Numbered from the stretch's first letter, positions 38,024-47,591 are shown. The stretch: DNA of 54,723 nt from a virus (IMGVR_UViG_3300043446_003852:1-54723), one strand, 5' to 3'. Program-made: numbers and translations. The notes: generated by a model not told the origin, from the sequence alone.

Positions 38024-39154
38024 TTATCCTACATAAATCTTTAAAGGTGTAGCATTTAAAGAAACATTTAAGTGTTCTGTTTCCGCACGTTTTGCTTCAA
38101 GTAATTTTGAACGTGTCATTGTATCTAACATTGTTCTTAATTCTTCAATCAATCCTTGTTTTTCTGTTCCTGCTGCGGATAAAAGGTCTGCCGCATTTAA
38201 AGTTGTTTCACTATTTGGAATTGGAATACTACCATACTTACCACGAATATATCCCAAGTTTTCCTTTACAAGAGCAAGTGTGTAACGATAAATCCATTGA
38301 CGACCAACGGAATTGATGTTACCATATTGCATTCTTGAATATGGCGCATTTGATATATCCGATACAGTTCCACCTGGATATTTCAATGGATTTGCACGTT
38401 CTTCTTTTACAATATAATCAATCCAAAGTGTAAAATCTTTTACAGGGATAGGATGTATTCTCAACTGATTGTTAATCAACTCAAAAGCATATGAAGACTT
38501 TCTCATCAAGTCATTGAACTCAATCGCCTGAATACGAAGTAAGTCCGCATACATAGGCATCAACATAAAGGAAACACCGGTTGAATAAGCACCAAATCCA
38601 AAGGTATCTAACATCGCCTGATTACCCAAGTATGGGTCATAGAAACGAATAGATGCCGGTGAAGCATAGTGGTGAACTCGTTTTATTTCAATAGAACCGG
38701 TTGGCGCTTTTATATCACGAATAAGTGCATCTAAATTATAAAGTTGAACACCTGTTGACATTTGAATAGATGCGGTATAAAAATTAACATTACCATTCGT
38801 AAATGTCTCGGAACCATACTCGGTTGCCAATTGAACAAGACCACCCATGTTTGTTGAGATATTTCGATGGGTCAAGTTTGATGCAGTTGGTGTACCCATA
38901 ATACTCAACATATTTTGTTGGATATTATATTGGTTTACATGGTTTGAGTATTCGGATATGGCTTCTTCAAAACAAGCATAAAAGTTACCAGCTTGAAGTT
39001 CTATGTCTACAAGTGGATAACCAAGACGTTTTGCACACCAATCGGCTACATTATCAGCATCTGTTTGAAAAGAAATTTCAGCATCGAAGAATCCAAACGG
39101 AGTGCTTCCTGTTGCGAAACTCGAAGAGCCGGGCCATATCGGAATTTCTACCAT
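38024..39154 (-). CDS. neck / head-tail adaptor protein (gp13-like)
   Basis: KRLGYPLVDIEL, WIYRYTLALVKENLGYIRGKY, PLKIYVG. Confidence 0.8.
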   Translation of the reverse strand: MVEIPIWPGSSSFATGSTPFGFFDAEISFQTDADNVADWCAKRLGYPLVDIELQAGNFYACFEEAISEYSNHVNQYNIQQNMLSIMGTPTASNLTHRNISTNMGGLVQLATEYGSETFTNGNVNFYTASIQMSTGVQLYNLDALIRDIKAPTGSIEIKRVHHYASPASIRFYDPYLGNQAMLDTFGFGAYSTGVSFMLMPMYADLLRIQAIEFNDLMRKSSYAFELINNQLRIHPIPVKDFTLWIDYIVKEERANPLKYPGGTVSDISNAPYSRMQYGNINSVGRQWIYRYTLALVKENLGYIRGKYGSIPIPNSETTLNAADLLSAAGTEKQGLIEELRTMLDTMTRSKLLEAKRAETEHLNVSLNATPLKIYVG

Positions 39155-39166
39155 TTATATTCTCCT

Positions 39167-39889
39167 TTATTTTTTTTCTTCTTCAAAAAAATTCAATACA
39201 CTATCGACTATTGGATGGCGATGGTTTGTTTTTAATTCATAGACACCAAGACCGGGAACAGAGTCAATCATATCAAATAAATATGGAAACCCAGAGTCTT
39301 TTTTACTTTTTAAATCTGTTTGTGACATATCACCACAAATTATCATCTTTGAATTTATACCGAGACGAGAAAGAATCATCTCCATCTGTGACTTTGTTAC
39401 GTTCTGTGCCTCGTCAACGATAACACACGCATTTACGAATGTTCTACCACGAAGGAACGAGATAGGTGCAATTTCAATTATTTCATCATTAATACACTTA
39501 TCTATCTTTTGTTTTCCGTATAAAATATACATATTTGCATGAATAGGTGCAACCCAAGGATCCATCTTTTCTTTAATATTCCCTGGAAGGAATCCAATAT
39601 CTTCATTTGAAACGGTTGGTCTTGTTATTATTATTCTTTCTACTTCTCTGTAAAATAGATACTCTAAAGCAATTTGTGTTGCTAAAAGTGTTTTACCAGA
39701 ACCAGCTTTACCTATTAAAACCGAAACCGTATCTTTTAATATATTTGATTTTACTTCTTTTTGTTCGCTATTCAACGAAACATTAAATTGTATTTTGTTT
39801 TTTATTTGTTTTCGTCCCTTTTTTATACCGGTTAAATCTATTCCCAACACTTCGTCATCTGCGTATTCTTCTGAATTCTTGTTTACCAT
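39167..39889 (-). CDS. phoH: PhoH-like ATPase
   Basis: GKAGSGKT, IITRP, GFLPG, FLRGRTF, IVDEAQN, GDMSQTDL, NHRHPIV. Confidence 0.95.
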   Translation of the reverse strand: MVNKNSEEYADDEVLGIDLTGIKKGRKQIKNKIQFNVSLNSEQKEVKSNILKDTVSVLIGKAGSGKTLLATQIALEYLFYREVERIIITRPTVSNEDIGFLPGNIKEKMDPWVAPIHANMYILYGKQKIDKCINDEIIEIAPISFLRGRTFVNACVIVDEAQNVTKSQMEMILSRLGINSKMIICGDMSQTDLKSKKDSGFPYLFDMIDSVPGLGVYELKTNHRHPIVDSVLNFFEEEKK

Positions 39890-39897
39890 AAACTCTC

Positions 39898-40488
39898 CTA
39901 TAATAATTTGGAAAGGGTTTCACCTATTAATTTACCATCTTGTTTTAATTCTATGATGGAGTTTTCAATATTTTTAATTTTGTGTGTCCATTCAAATCCA
40001 ATTATACCAACTAATTCCATACCACGCATTATTGGATGAATGACCGCTGATTTTGTTCCTCGTTGTACAAAAAAGGCACGAGTAAGTATGTCATCTATAT
40101 CTTCTACTATTGGAAATATACCACGTTCAGTTATTGCAGAATCAATCATACCAGAATATAAAGACATCGGTAAATTTTGATATTCTTTTACTTCTGTACT
40201 TACGCCGTCCTCTAAGGCTTCAAATGTTGTGGAAAGTTTATTCATAGAACGACCTGTTCCATACTTACCACCATTATGACGTTGTAAAATAAAAGCTCTT
40301 TGCGCACTATATTCGGTTAAATGTTGTTCTAATATAGTTTGAACAAGTTTAGATTGGGAAATCTCGCGGGTAATTTTTTTATTCTTATATTCACCATATT
40401 TGTACTTTAGAAACCACGAAAGAAACACACCCATAAGGGTGACTATGCTTGATACAGCGAGTTCTATGTAATCTTTAAATAGTTCCAT
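39898..40488 (-). CDS. putative T4 gpT-like holin (one N-terminal TM plus GAF-like domain)
   Basis: single TM, then RAFILQRHNGG..SMNKLSTTFE..GVS and GIIGFEW. Confidence 0.55.
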   Translation of the reverse strand: MELFKDYIELAVSSIVTLMGVFLSWFLKYKYGEYKNKKITREISQSKLVQTILEQHLTEYSAQRAFILQRHNGGKYGTGRSMNKLSTTFEALEDGVSTEVKEYQNLPMSLYSGMIDSAITERGIFPIVEDIDDILTRAFFVQRGTKSAVIHPIMRGMELVGIIGFEWTHKIKNIENSIIELKQDGKLIGETLSKLL

Positions 40489-40506
40489 ATTCTATAAATA
40501 TGGTTT

Positions 40507-40536
40507 TAAAAAAAAAGGTGACTAAAGAGTCACCTT
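40507..40536 (-). terminator. intrinsic terminator
   Basis: AAGGTGACT/AGTCACCTT stem plus long T-tract. Confidence 0.75.
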
Positions 40537-40562
40537 GTTTACTCGAATAAATATTCAATATG

Positions 40563-41306
40563 TTATCCCATTATTTTAGATATAGAGGCAGAAAGGAATT
40601 TTGTAACTCCTATTTCTCCAGCCTTAACAGCGGTCAAAGCACCTTCTACACCAGCAAGTGCTGTTTTTCCTTGCATAACAGCATCAACTGCTCCGGCACC
40701 GGATGCAACTGCTAAACTTCCAACTATTAACATATGAACAAGTTTAGCTATTTTTTCCTGTTTGTCTGATGGTAGTTCTTTAAAGCCAGGAATTAAAGTC
40801 AATCCCTTCATTATAAGAGAAATTATCTTTTCATGCCATTTGTGACCAGCGTGTTGTAATTTATCACCCACCGAACCTTTTCCACCCATAGCAACAGTAA
40901 GAAATTTAACTGCTTTTCCTATAAGTTCTATGATACGTGGTATAGCAACTGCTAAAGAAACAGCAAAAAGAACACCGACTTCATTTATCTGTTGTTCTTG
41001 AACATTTCCTTCCATCAACGCCTTATTACGTCTAAGAAGTGATTCATTTGCTACCTTTTCAAGTTCAGGTGTCTTTTTTAAAGCGGCTTTAACAGCATTT
41101 TCATCATCTGCTTTTTTCTCAGCTTCTTTACCAGCCGTAGAAAAATCTGTCATCGCTTTGTTCATTGCATCAGTAAACGCCTTTTCTACTTCATCTTCTA
41201 CTTTAGGATCTATATCCTCTTCATTTAATCTTTGCAACGTTTCTTTTAAAACCGCTTGCATAGAGTTGGGTTTAACTAAATTCTTCAAACGAATCGGGTT
41301 TGACAT
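40563..41306 (-). CDS. hypothetical protein with hydrophobic helices (possible internal/ejection protein)
   Basis: TTGGAG RBS before ATG 41306; LKE/LNE/INE motifs followed by hydrophobic segments. Confidence 0.7.
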   Translation of the reverse strand: MSNPIRLKNLVKPNSMQAVLKETLQRLNEEDIDPKVEDEVEKAFTDAMNKAMTDFSTAGKEAEKKADDENAVKAALKKTPELEKVANESLLRRNKALMEGNVQEQQINEVGVLFAVSLAVAIPRIIELIGKAVKFLTVAMGGKGSVGDKLQHAGHKWHEKIISLIMKGLTLIPGFKELPSDKQEKIAKLVHMLIVGSLAVASGAGAVDAVMQGKTALAGVEGALTAVKAGEIGVTKFLSASISKIMG

Positions 41307-41363
41307 AAAAATCTCCAAATTAATAATTTATTTTCTCTATAATAAATATAATCCAATAAAAGA

Positions 41364-41393
41364 AAAAGGGAGTAATTTCTTACTCCCTTTTAT
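41364..41393 (-). terminator. terminator after major capsid gene
   Basis: AAAAGGGAGTAA/TTACTCCCTTTT. Confidence 0.8.
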
Positions 41394-41418
41394 TTTTTAT
41401 AAACACCTAAAAGATAGA

Positions 41419-43062
41419 TTAGATGTCACCGAGATTTTCTACTTGGATAAGACCGTAGAACTCAGGACGAACAATCTTCTTAGCGTAGCGAGTCATTACA
41501 CCCTTACGTGGTGTGAAGTTCGTTGGGTCATAGACCAACGGTGTCATCACGAGTGGGATGTAAGGAGCATATACCGCACCTGTTTCAAGGAACTGGCTGC
41601 CACGGAAACCAACAAGAATTTGATTTTCGAGCATATATGGGTTCTTGTAAACTGTGATACGACCATTCAATTGACCAACCTTCTGAACACCCATAGCGAA
41701 CTTCATACCTTCGCCGTCAACAGCGTAGCCAGGCATTGATTCGAGAAGTGTAGCAACTTGAGGAGAACAAACCAAGAAGTTTGCACCACCACGGAGTGTC
41801 TTCTGGTGGATAACATTCGATACCTTTTGAATCTTGGTACCAAGTGTTTGGAACCATGTCTGTTGGTTGAATGCTGAAGCAGCAGCTTGATTTGTTGCAT
41901 AGTCAGAGAATGTGTTTGTAGCACCATCATATGTGCGACCGATACGTGCTGACCATCTTTCTGTTGTCTGAGCATTCTTGATAAGCATATCGAGGATTTC
42001 GAGGTCAATTTCTTGTGAAATATACTCAGAAAGCATCGATGTCAATTCTGCTTCAGCGTCGATTGAGTGGTAAGCGTTCAAGTCTTGAGCAAATTCAGGT
42101 GTCCAAACTGCTTTCAACTTGCGTGTTTTAGCAACGATTGACTCCGAACGAAGTTCAAGATTGATTTCTGGGATGTTTACGTCTGCACCTGTTGTATCTT
42201 CGAAATCACCACGAGTTGTTGCTGTTGGTTGTTTTTGATATGTTACAACTGCATTCACTGGAACTGCCGAAGCGGAAACAACGAATGTAAGTTGTGAATT
42301 TGATGCGTTTGCTGTTGTGTACTGTGGGAAGTATTCGAGAATACCTGAACCAGAAATCTTGAAAGCACGAATACCTTCGATGTCATGGTTTGACAATGAA
42401 GAAGATAATACTGTGATTGTAAAGATGTTTCCAGAAACAAGAGATGCGGAATAAGCATTCTGGAATTCTGTATCAAATTGATAAACAGAAGGTGTTGAAT
42501 GATTTACCGAACCTGTAACACAGATTGTTGATGAAAGGAATGCCGATGAAGAAACAGTCAATGTGGCTGATGCTGCTTCGTTGATGGAATAACCATAACG
42601 ACCAGCACCATAAAGACCGCCTGATGGGTCTGCATTCTTAGCATCCTTACCTGTAACACCGAATACCGAGTCAGCTTGTGAATCCTTACCGGAGCCAGAA
42701 GCAAATCCTGGTTGAGCTGTTCCGTACTTGAAATCAAGGAAGAACACAAGACCTGAAGGAAGGTTCATAGGTTGAACCGAAACAAAGTCTTTTGCTGCAA
42801 TTTCCGAGAAAATACGGCGAACGAGTGGGAGAGCAACGCCAGCCCATTCTTCCGAACCAGCTGATGTACCTGTACGTGATGACTCGTCGATGAGTTGTTT
42901 TGCTTGGTTTTCGAGAAGAACTGCAATAGAGTTCTTTTCGTAGTCTGAGTTGATACCATCAAGAAGACCGGTTTTTTCCCACTTCTTAACAGTACCGCGG
43001 TTCTCTTCAATAAGCTTCTTTTGCATATTGTTGGAAGAACCAAGTAATGATTGCATATTCAT
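41419..43062 (-). CDS. major capsid protein (gp23-like)
   Basis: KWEKTGLL, LLENQ, VSVQPMNLPSGLVFFLDF, KTRKLKAVWTPEFAQDLNAYH, GAVYAPYIPL, MTRYA; GGAG before ATG 43062. Confidence 0.97.
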   Translation of the reverse strand: MNMQSLLGSSNNMQKKLIEENRGTVKKWEKTGLLDGINSDYEKNSIAVLLENQAKQLIDESSRTGTSAGSEEWAGVALPLVRRIFSEIAAKDFVSVQPMNLPSGLVFFLDFKYGTAQPGFASGSGKDSQADSVFGVTGKDAKNADPSGGLYGAGRYGYSINEAASATLTVSSSAFLSSTICVTGSVNHSTPSVYQFDTEFQNAYSASLVSGNIFTITVLSSSLSNHDIEGIRAFKISGSGILEYFPQYTTANASNSQLTFVVSASAVPVNAVVTYQKQPTATTRGDFEDTTGADVNIPEINLELRSESIVAKTRKLKAVWTPEFAQDLNAYHSIDAEAELTSMLSEYISQEIDLEILDMLIKNAQTTERWSARIGRTYDGATNTFSDYATNQAAASAFNQQTWFQTLGTKIQKVSNVIHQKTLRGGANFLVCSPQVATLLESMPGYAVDGEGMKFAMGVQKVGQLNGRITVYKNPYMLENQILVGFRGSQFLETGAVYAPYIPLVMTPLVYDPTNFTPRKGVMTRYAKKIVRPEFYGLIQVENLGDI

Positions 43063-43086
43063 GTTATCTATCTCCAATAAAATTTG

Positions 43087-44070
43087 TTATTTTAAACCTG
43101 CTAATTTTCGTAATCTATCTGCCATCTGTGTGCCTTCTGTGAGGATGGCCTTTGATGGACGTGTGCTTGCCTGTGGCTTACTTGCAAAAGATTCTTTGAG
43201 TTGCTTAACTTTTGTATTTTTAAGTGACTCAGCTAATGTAGCGTAAACCAACTTGACTTCGCGAAGATTTTTGGCTCTGTCAAAGTTCTCAATAACCGTC
43301 ATCTTTTGTGATTCAGTAAGTGAGTGTGAACGGAAAAGTTTGTTTGAGAAAAGAAGTTTTGAGTTAAGTAAATTAACTTCATTAATCTTTTCACGGAGGA
43401 ATTGAATAACAGCGTATGCTTCTTGAAGCTTAGCTTCTGCCATTTCTTCTTCCTTCTCGTCTGCTTCTTCCATCTTTTCTTCTTCACCTTCTTCTTCACG
43501 AAGAGCACGGAGAATTTCTTGAATGTCAAATTCTTCTTCTACTTCGGCTGGTTTTTCTTCAGCAGGAGCATCTTCGCCTTCAACCATTTGAACAAGTTTT
43601 TCCTTCTTCATTTCAGTTGAATCATCCGATGCATACTTTGATGGTTGCTTATTGTCACCAGATCCGATTTCAGAAGAATCCATATCTTCTTCAAGTTGAC
43701 GGATTATTTCCATCAAATCTTCATCCATTGGTTCTTCATCTTCACCTTCTTCAACAGGAGCTTCTTCTTCTCCTTCACCTTCTTCAACGGGAGCTTCTTC
43801 TTCTCCTTCGCCTTCTTCTACAGCAGGGGCTTCTTCGCCCTCACCTTCTTCAACAGGAGCTTCCTCCTCGCCTTCGCCTTCTTCCATTGTCTCTTCATCG
43901 TGTCCTTCTCCTTCTTCCATTTCTTCTTCAGCTTCTTCCGAAAGTTTGGATGCTAACATCGATTGAAGACGTGGTGTGAACGCCTCTTCTAAAGCAAGCT
44001 TAGCGTTAGCAAGTGCGACTTCTCGTACTGCCTTTGCATCTGCGATTGCTTCTTTCAATAAATCTGTCAT
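43087..44070 (-). CDS. prohead core / scaffold protein
   Basis: MTDLLKEAIADAKAVRE, acidic middle, NEVNLLNSKLLF; directly upstream of MCP; TTGGAG RBS. Confidence 0.85.
   Translation of the reverse strand: MTDLLKEAIADAKAVREVALANAKLALEEAFTPRLQSMLASKLSEEAEEEMEEGEGHDEETMEEGEGEEEAPVEEGEGEEAPAVEEGEGEEEAPVEEGEGEEEAPVEEGEDEEPMDEDLMEIIRQLEEDMDSSEIGSGDNKQPSKYASDDSTEMKKEKLVQMVEGEDAPAEEKPAEVEEEFDIQEILRALREEEGEEEKMEEADEKEEEMAEAKLQEAYAVIQFLREKINEVNLLNSKLLFSNKLFRSHSLTESQKMTVIENFDRAKNLREVKLVYATLAESLKNTKVKQLKESFASKPQASTRPSKAILTEGTQMADRLRKLAGLK
43741..43921 (-). repeat. 33-nt tandem coding repeat (EEGEGEEEAPV) about 5.5 copies
   Basis: visible in both the DNA and the protein of the scaffold. Confidence 0.85.
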
Positions 44071-44188
44071 AAAAAATCTCCAACTAGTTTTAGGGTTATT
44101 GAGAACTCTAATCAAACAGTAAATAGAAAAAACTCTATAAGAGATAGAGTATTATATGTAAATAAATATAAGTAAAAATTTTATTTCA

Positions 44189-44359
44189 TCATTTTTTCTT
44201 GTTCGGAACTAATTTTTTTAGTAAAATATCTGATTTTTCTTTTTCTGTGTCAAATACTCCACCAATTTTTCCTAACTTAAAAATGTGATTAACATCATCT
44301 TCCGAGTAGATGAATCGTTCTACACGTTTTGGTTTCTCTTCTTTTTTATCATCAGGCAT
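44189..44359 (-). CDS. small charged protein translationally coupled to the ART gene
   Basis: ATG overlaps the ART stop (ATGCCTGA); 56 aa. Confidence 0.55.
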   Translation of the reverse strand: MPDDKKEEKPKRVERFIYSEDDVNHIFKLGKIGGVFDTEKEKSDILLKKLVPNKKK

Positions 44360-45494
44360 TTGGGAACTCCACAGATATATCGTAAATGTTCTTTTCTTCG
44401 TCTTTATTTGTGATTGTGAATTTGCAACCACGAGGAAGTGTTATTTCACTTTCAATACAATATTCATCTTCAGAACAAGGTAACATAAGTACGGTATCGC
44501 CCCGTTTTAAGTTTATTTTGAATATGGGTGTTCTTCCTTTTCTGTTACCCGTTGTTAAATTTCTATCTGTGAAATCTTCGGCAATAAGTGGATTAAGTGA
44601 AGTTGAGACAAATCCATTATCCACCCATTCACCAGCGTCAACAAATTTTTTCAAAATATCAACTCTTACGCCGCGATAAACAACAGTATCGTTTTGTAAT
44701 TTAGCACCACCCGTTTTAAAATGATTATCCAAAGTTAGGATATTGTACATCTTATATTTTGATGGAAATTTTTCTTTTGCATTTGGTGTGTCTAATGTCT
44801 TCTTCAAATCCTCTAAAGACCAATTTATTTCTCCACCTTGGCGCAAGAATTCATTTATACTCGTAGAATCATTATGATAATATTTTGAAGCAGTTATTAC
44901 TTCTGGATCATTTTTGAATGTGGAAAGTGCTGCCAATTTTGCAATGGCAACACCTTGAATTCTTTTTGCAGCTTTTCTTATTGCAACAACAGTTTGTTTT
45001 GCACCTTCGTTATCTTTCTTGTCCTGTTGGTCACTGAGTGTGTCCATTAAGGAATCATACTCTCTGAAAAATGGTGTGAAATCAAATTTCAACAATTTTT
45101 CTTTGAGGTCGGGTCTCATACTTTTAGTATCGTCTACTATTTCTTCTTTTTCTTTTTCATCAATAAAAACGAAGGAACCCAGTTTCTTTTCTAATTTTTG
45201 AGATGGTGTTTCTTTAGATTCTTCTTTATCCCCATCTTCTTTTTTACCGGAAGCAGCTTTTTCTTTTTCGGCCTTTAGTTTAGCCATAAGACCGCCACCA
45301 CCTTCACTTTTTTCTGCCGGTTCTTCTTTTTTCTTTTCTTTTGCTTCGGGTTTTTCGTGAACGGAGGGGTCGAAACTATCTTTACTTATGTAGTAAGACT
45401 TCCCGCTTTCCTTGTTCTTGACAAGCATTTTATCGGGATTCTCACTATCTGGTTTTTCATCCTTTTCAAGTAATATAGTTTTTAGTTTTATCAT
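44352..45494 (-). CDS. ADP-ribosyltransferase (Alt/VIP2-like, R-S-E class)
   Basis: Y..INEFLR, VVYRG, GFVSTSL, ESEITLPRG. Confidence 0.88.
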   Translation of the reverse strand: MIKLKTILLEKDEKPDSENPDKMLVKNKESGKSYYISKDSFDPSVHEKPEAKEKKKEEPAEKSEGGGGLMAKLKAEKEKAASGKKEDGDKEESKETPSQKLEKKLGSFVFIDEKEKEEIVDDTKSMRPDLKEKLLKFDFTPFFREYDSLMDTLSDQQDKKDNEGAKQTVVAIRKAAKRIQGVAIAKLAALSTFKNDPEVITASKYYHNDSTSINEFLRQGGEINWSLEDLKKTLDTPNAKEKFPSKYKMYNILTLDNHFKTGGAKLQNDTVVYRGVRVDILKKFVDAGEWVDNGFVSTSLNPLIAEDFTDRNLTTGNRKGRTPIFKINLKRGDTVLMLPCSEDEYCIESEITLPRGCKFTITNKDEEKNIYDISVEFPNA

Positions 45495-45508
45495 CTTTAC
45501 CGAGTTAG

Positions 45509-45733
45509 TTATTCTTGTTCTCGGTCAAGCTTTCTCTGTCTCTTCCGAGAGGCGTTCATTTTATCTTTTTTCTTTTCCGATGGCTTAATATATTCTGTTC
45601 TTGCTTTATACTCTTCCAGAATACCACTTTCTTTTACTTTTCTCTTGAATATCTTTAACATTAAATCGATATTCATTCCATTCCCCTTGACTTTAACGTG
45701 TGCCGTTTTTGGTCTTGTACTATAATCTGTCAT
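45509..45733 (-). CDS. rpsU: ribosomal protein bS21
   Basis: V.V...NID.MLK.FKRKVKESGILEEYKAR.EYIKPSEKK, 74 aa, basic. Confidence 0.9.
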   Translation of the reverse strand: MTDYSTRPKTAHVKVKGNGMNIDLMLKIFKRKVKESGILEEYKARTEYIKPSEKKKDKMNASRKRQRKLDREQE

Positions 45734-45757
45734 CTATAACCTTTCTAAATTTGTATT

Positions 45758-46363
45758 TTAGTGTTTGTCTTTTATTTCGTAATACTTGTTCAACGTTTCT
45801 CCAATTTCCTCGTAAGCAGATTCAAGACGTTGTTGTAATTTAATAGATTCGGCAACTGTTTTTTCAAATATCTTCATTGATTCTTTTAACTTCTTTGAAT
45901 GTCTTCCGATAGTTACTTGGTCAAACCAATCACCTGATTCTTCCATAATGTGTTTAGAAGCAAACTCAACTATACCTCTTATGTTTTTGTAGGCTTCTTT
46001 TAAATTATTTTGACGATATATGGATTCCCCGTACTCGTTAAAACGAGAAACTTGTTCTATGAATGATCTTTTTTCTTCTGGTGTTAAAATAGGATCTTTT
46101 GGTGGTTCTTGTGAGATACCTTCTTTAAGAACTTCATTAACTGCCTTTGCCACCATTTTTTTCAATGATGTTACCGTTTGCTCATTAACTTTTTTAGGAA
46201 GACCTTTATGCTTTGTCCCAGCATATTTCTCAAGTTCTTTTTCAGACATAGATTTTGCAAGTTGTTTTACTTGAGCACTAACTTTTGACGCAGGAACTTC
46301 ACCTCTCTTATAAGCAAGAGCAAGTCCCATAATTTTTTGTTGTTGAACACTTTTCGCAGGCAT
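45758..46363 (-). CDS. DUF3008-like N-terminal domain fused to a helical phage domain
   Basis: MPAKSVQQQKIMGLALAYKRGE...SMSEKELEKYAGTKHKGLP; TTGGAG RBS. Confidence 0.7.
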   Translation of the reverse strand: MPAKSVQQQKIMGLALAYKRGEVPASKVSAQVKQLAKSMSEKELEKYAGTKHKGLPKKVNEQTVTSLKKMVAKAVNEVLKEGISQEPPKDPILTPEEKRSFIEQVSRFNEYGESIYRQNNLKEAYKNIRGIVEFASKHIMEESGDWFDQVTIGRHSKKLKESMKIFEKTVAESIKLQQRLESAYEEIGETLNKYYEIKDKH

Positions 46364-46364
46364 C

Positions 46365-46949
46365 TTATTTTTCTCCAAAAGTTTCTTTTACATACATATT
46401 CCATTTTTCCCTGTTCGCCCATTGAAATCCATATTTTTTATGAAAATCAATATGAATATCTTTACTAATAACTATTACATTATTTTTATCAAATATCTTT
46501 TCTGGGAATAAATAAACAGAATCAATATGGTGAACGGATAATTTTCTATAATTTTTTCCGGTTATTTCACAACGATAGCCCCTTTCCGATAAAACTTCTT
46601 TAAAAAAATTTCTTTCTTCTGTTATACACCTTTTACTTTTTAAAGACGTTCTATCTGAAATCCATTTAGGGTGAGCTGGGCCCTTTCTTCCTTTTTTCTT
46701 GTTTGCCTCTTTCGTATTTGAATTCCGTACTATTTCGGCAACTTTTTCTGGATTGTTTCTTGCCCACTCTTTTGACCAAATCGATAACTGAATCTTTTCT
46801 TCGTCAGTATAAATTCTTCCCGGTTTTATTCGTCCTGAATTTTCTACCAATGCTTGATTTTTTCGATAGCAATTAACAGAACACCAACCCTTCTTGGTTT
46901 TTGATATATTGTCACATCCGATACATTTATTTGAAATATTATTTTTCAT
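46365..46949 (-). CDS. HNH homing endonuclease
   Basis: CxxC..WCSVNC, HPKW, CEITG...LSVHHI...NN.IVI...HIDFHKKYG. Confidence 0.85.
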   Translation of the reverse strand: MKNNISNKCIGCDNISKTKKGWCSVNCYRKNQALVENSGRIKPGRIYTDEEKIQLSIWSKEWARNNPEKVAEIVRNSNTKEANKKKGRKGPAHPKWISDRTSLKSKRCITEERNFFKEVLSERGYRCEITGKNYRKLSVHHIDSVYLFPEKIFDKNNVIVISKDIHIDFHKKYGFQWANREKWNMYVKETFGEK

Positions 46950-47589
46950 CAAAAATACATTCACATACATTGCCGATTTCACAGATGATATTTGTTATAT
47001 TCTCGTGAATACGATTTATTTTTGGATCTACCTTAGCGATAGTTTTTAAATCTTTTCCTTCTTTAATCAAACCTTCATTTGTTGGGTACATAAAAGCACC
47101 ATGAGTAGATGGGTTTGATACAAAATCCCATCCGATTAATTCAAAATCATCTTGAACTTCAACCGTATTTTCGTTAATTTCTTTAACCGAACCAAGACCT
47201 CTCGATGAAATACCGAGACGAATCCCAGCTTGAAGAAGTTGCTTAAGGATGTTTCCAGATGGTGTTGGTAAAATTTCTACTGTTCCAACTAAATCGTTTC
47301 CTTGCCAGTCACATTCTATCACATTATGAGAAACATTACGAAGATTAATTACTGAGGATTCTGGATGGTCTAACTCACCAAGAGCACGATTTTCTTTAAT
47401 TTGATTTGCCTTGTACTTCTTGACTTCACGAATAAGAATTTCTTTTGGGTATATTCTTCCATTCTGATTTTTTGCTTCAGCACGTTGAAGAACACCTGAA
47501 ACTATTACTTTACCATTATTTTCCTTCGCTTCATTAATTTGTTGAGGCGTAATACTAAAAAGCATTGTATCTACAAGTAATTGTTTCAT
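46939..47589 (-). CDS. prohead protease (gp21-like)
   Basis: NQNGRIYP, ALGELDHP, NVSH, GISSRGLGS, WDFVSNPST. Confidence 0.95.
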   Translation of the reverse strand: MKQLLVDTMLFSITPQQINEAKENNGKVIVSGVLQRAEAKNQNGRIYPKEILIREVKKYKANQIKENRALGELDHPESSVINLRNVSHNVIECDWQGNDLVGTVEILPTPSGNILKQLLQAGIRLGISSRGLGSVKEINENTVEVQDDFELIGWDFVSNPSTHGAFMYPTNEGLIKEGKDLKTIAKVDPKINRIHENITNIICEIGNVCECIFDEK

Positions 47590-47591
47590 TT

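Noticed and set aside
43741-43921. 33-nt repeats as iterons or an origin
   Set aside because: They encode the acidic linker of the scaffold and vary mainly at synonymous positions
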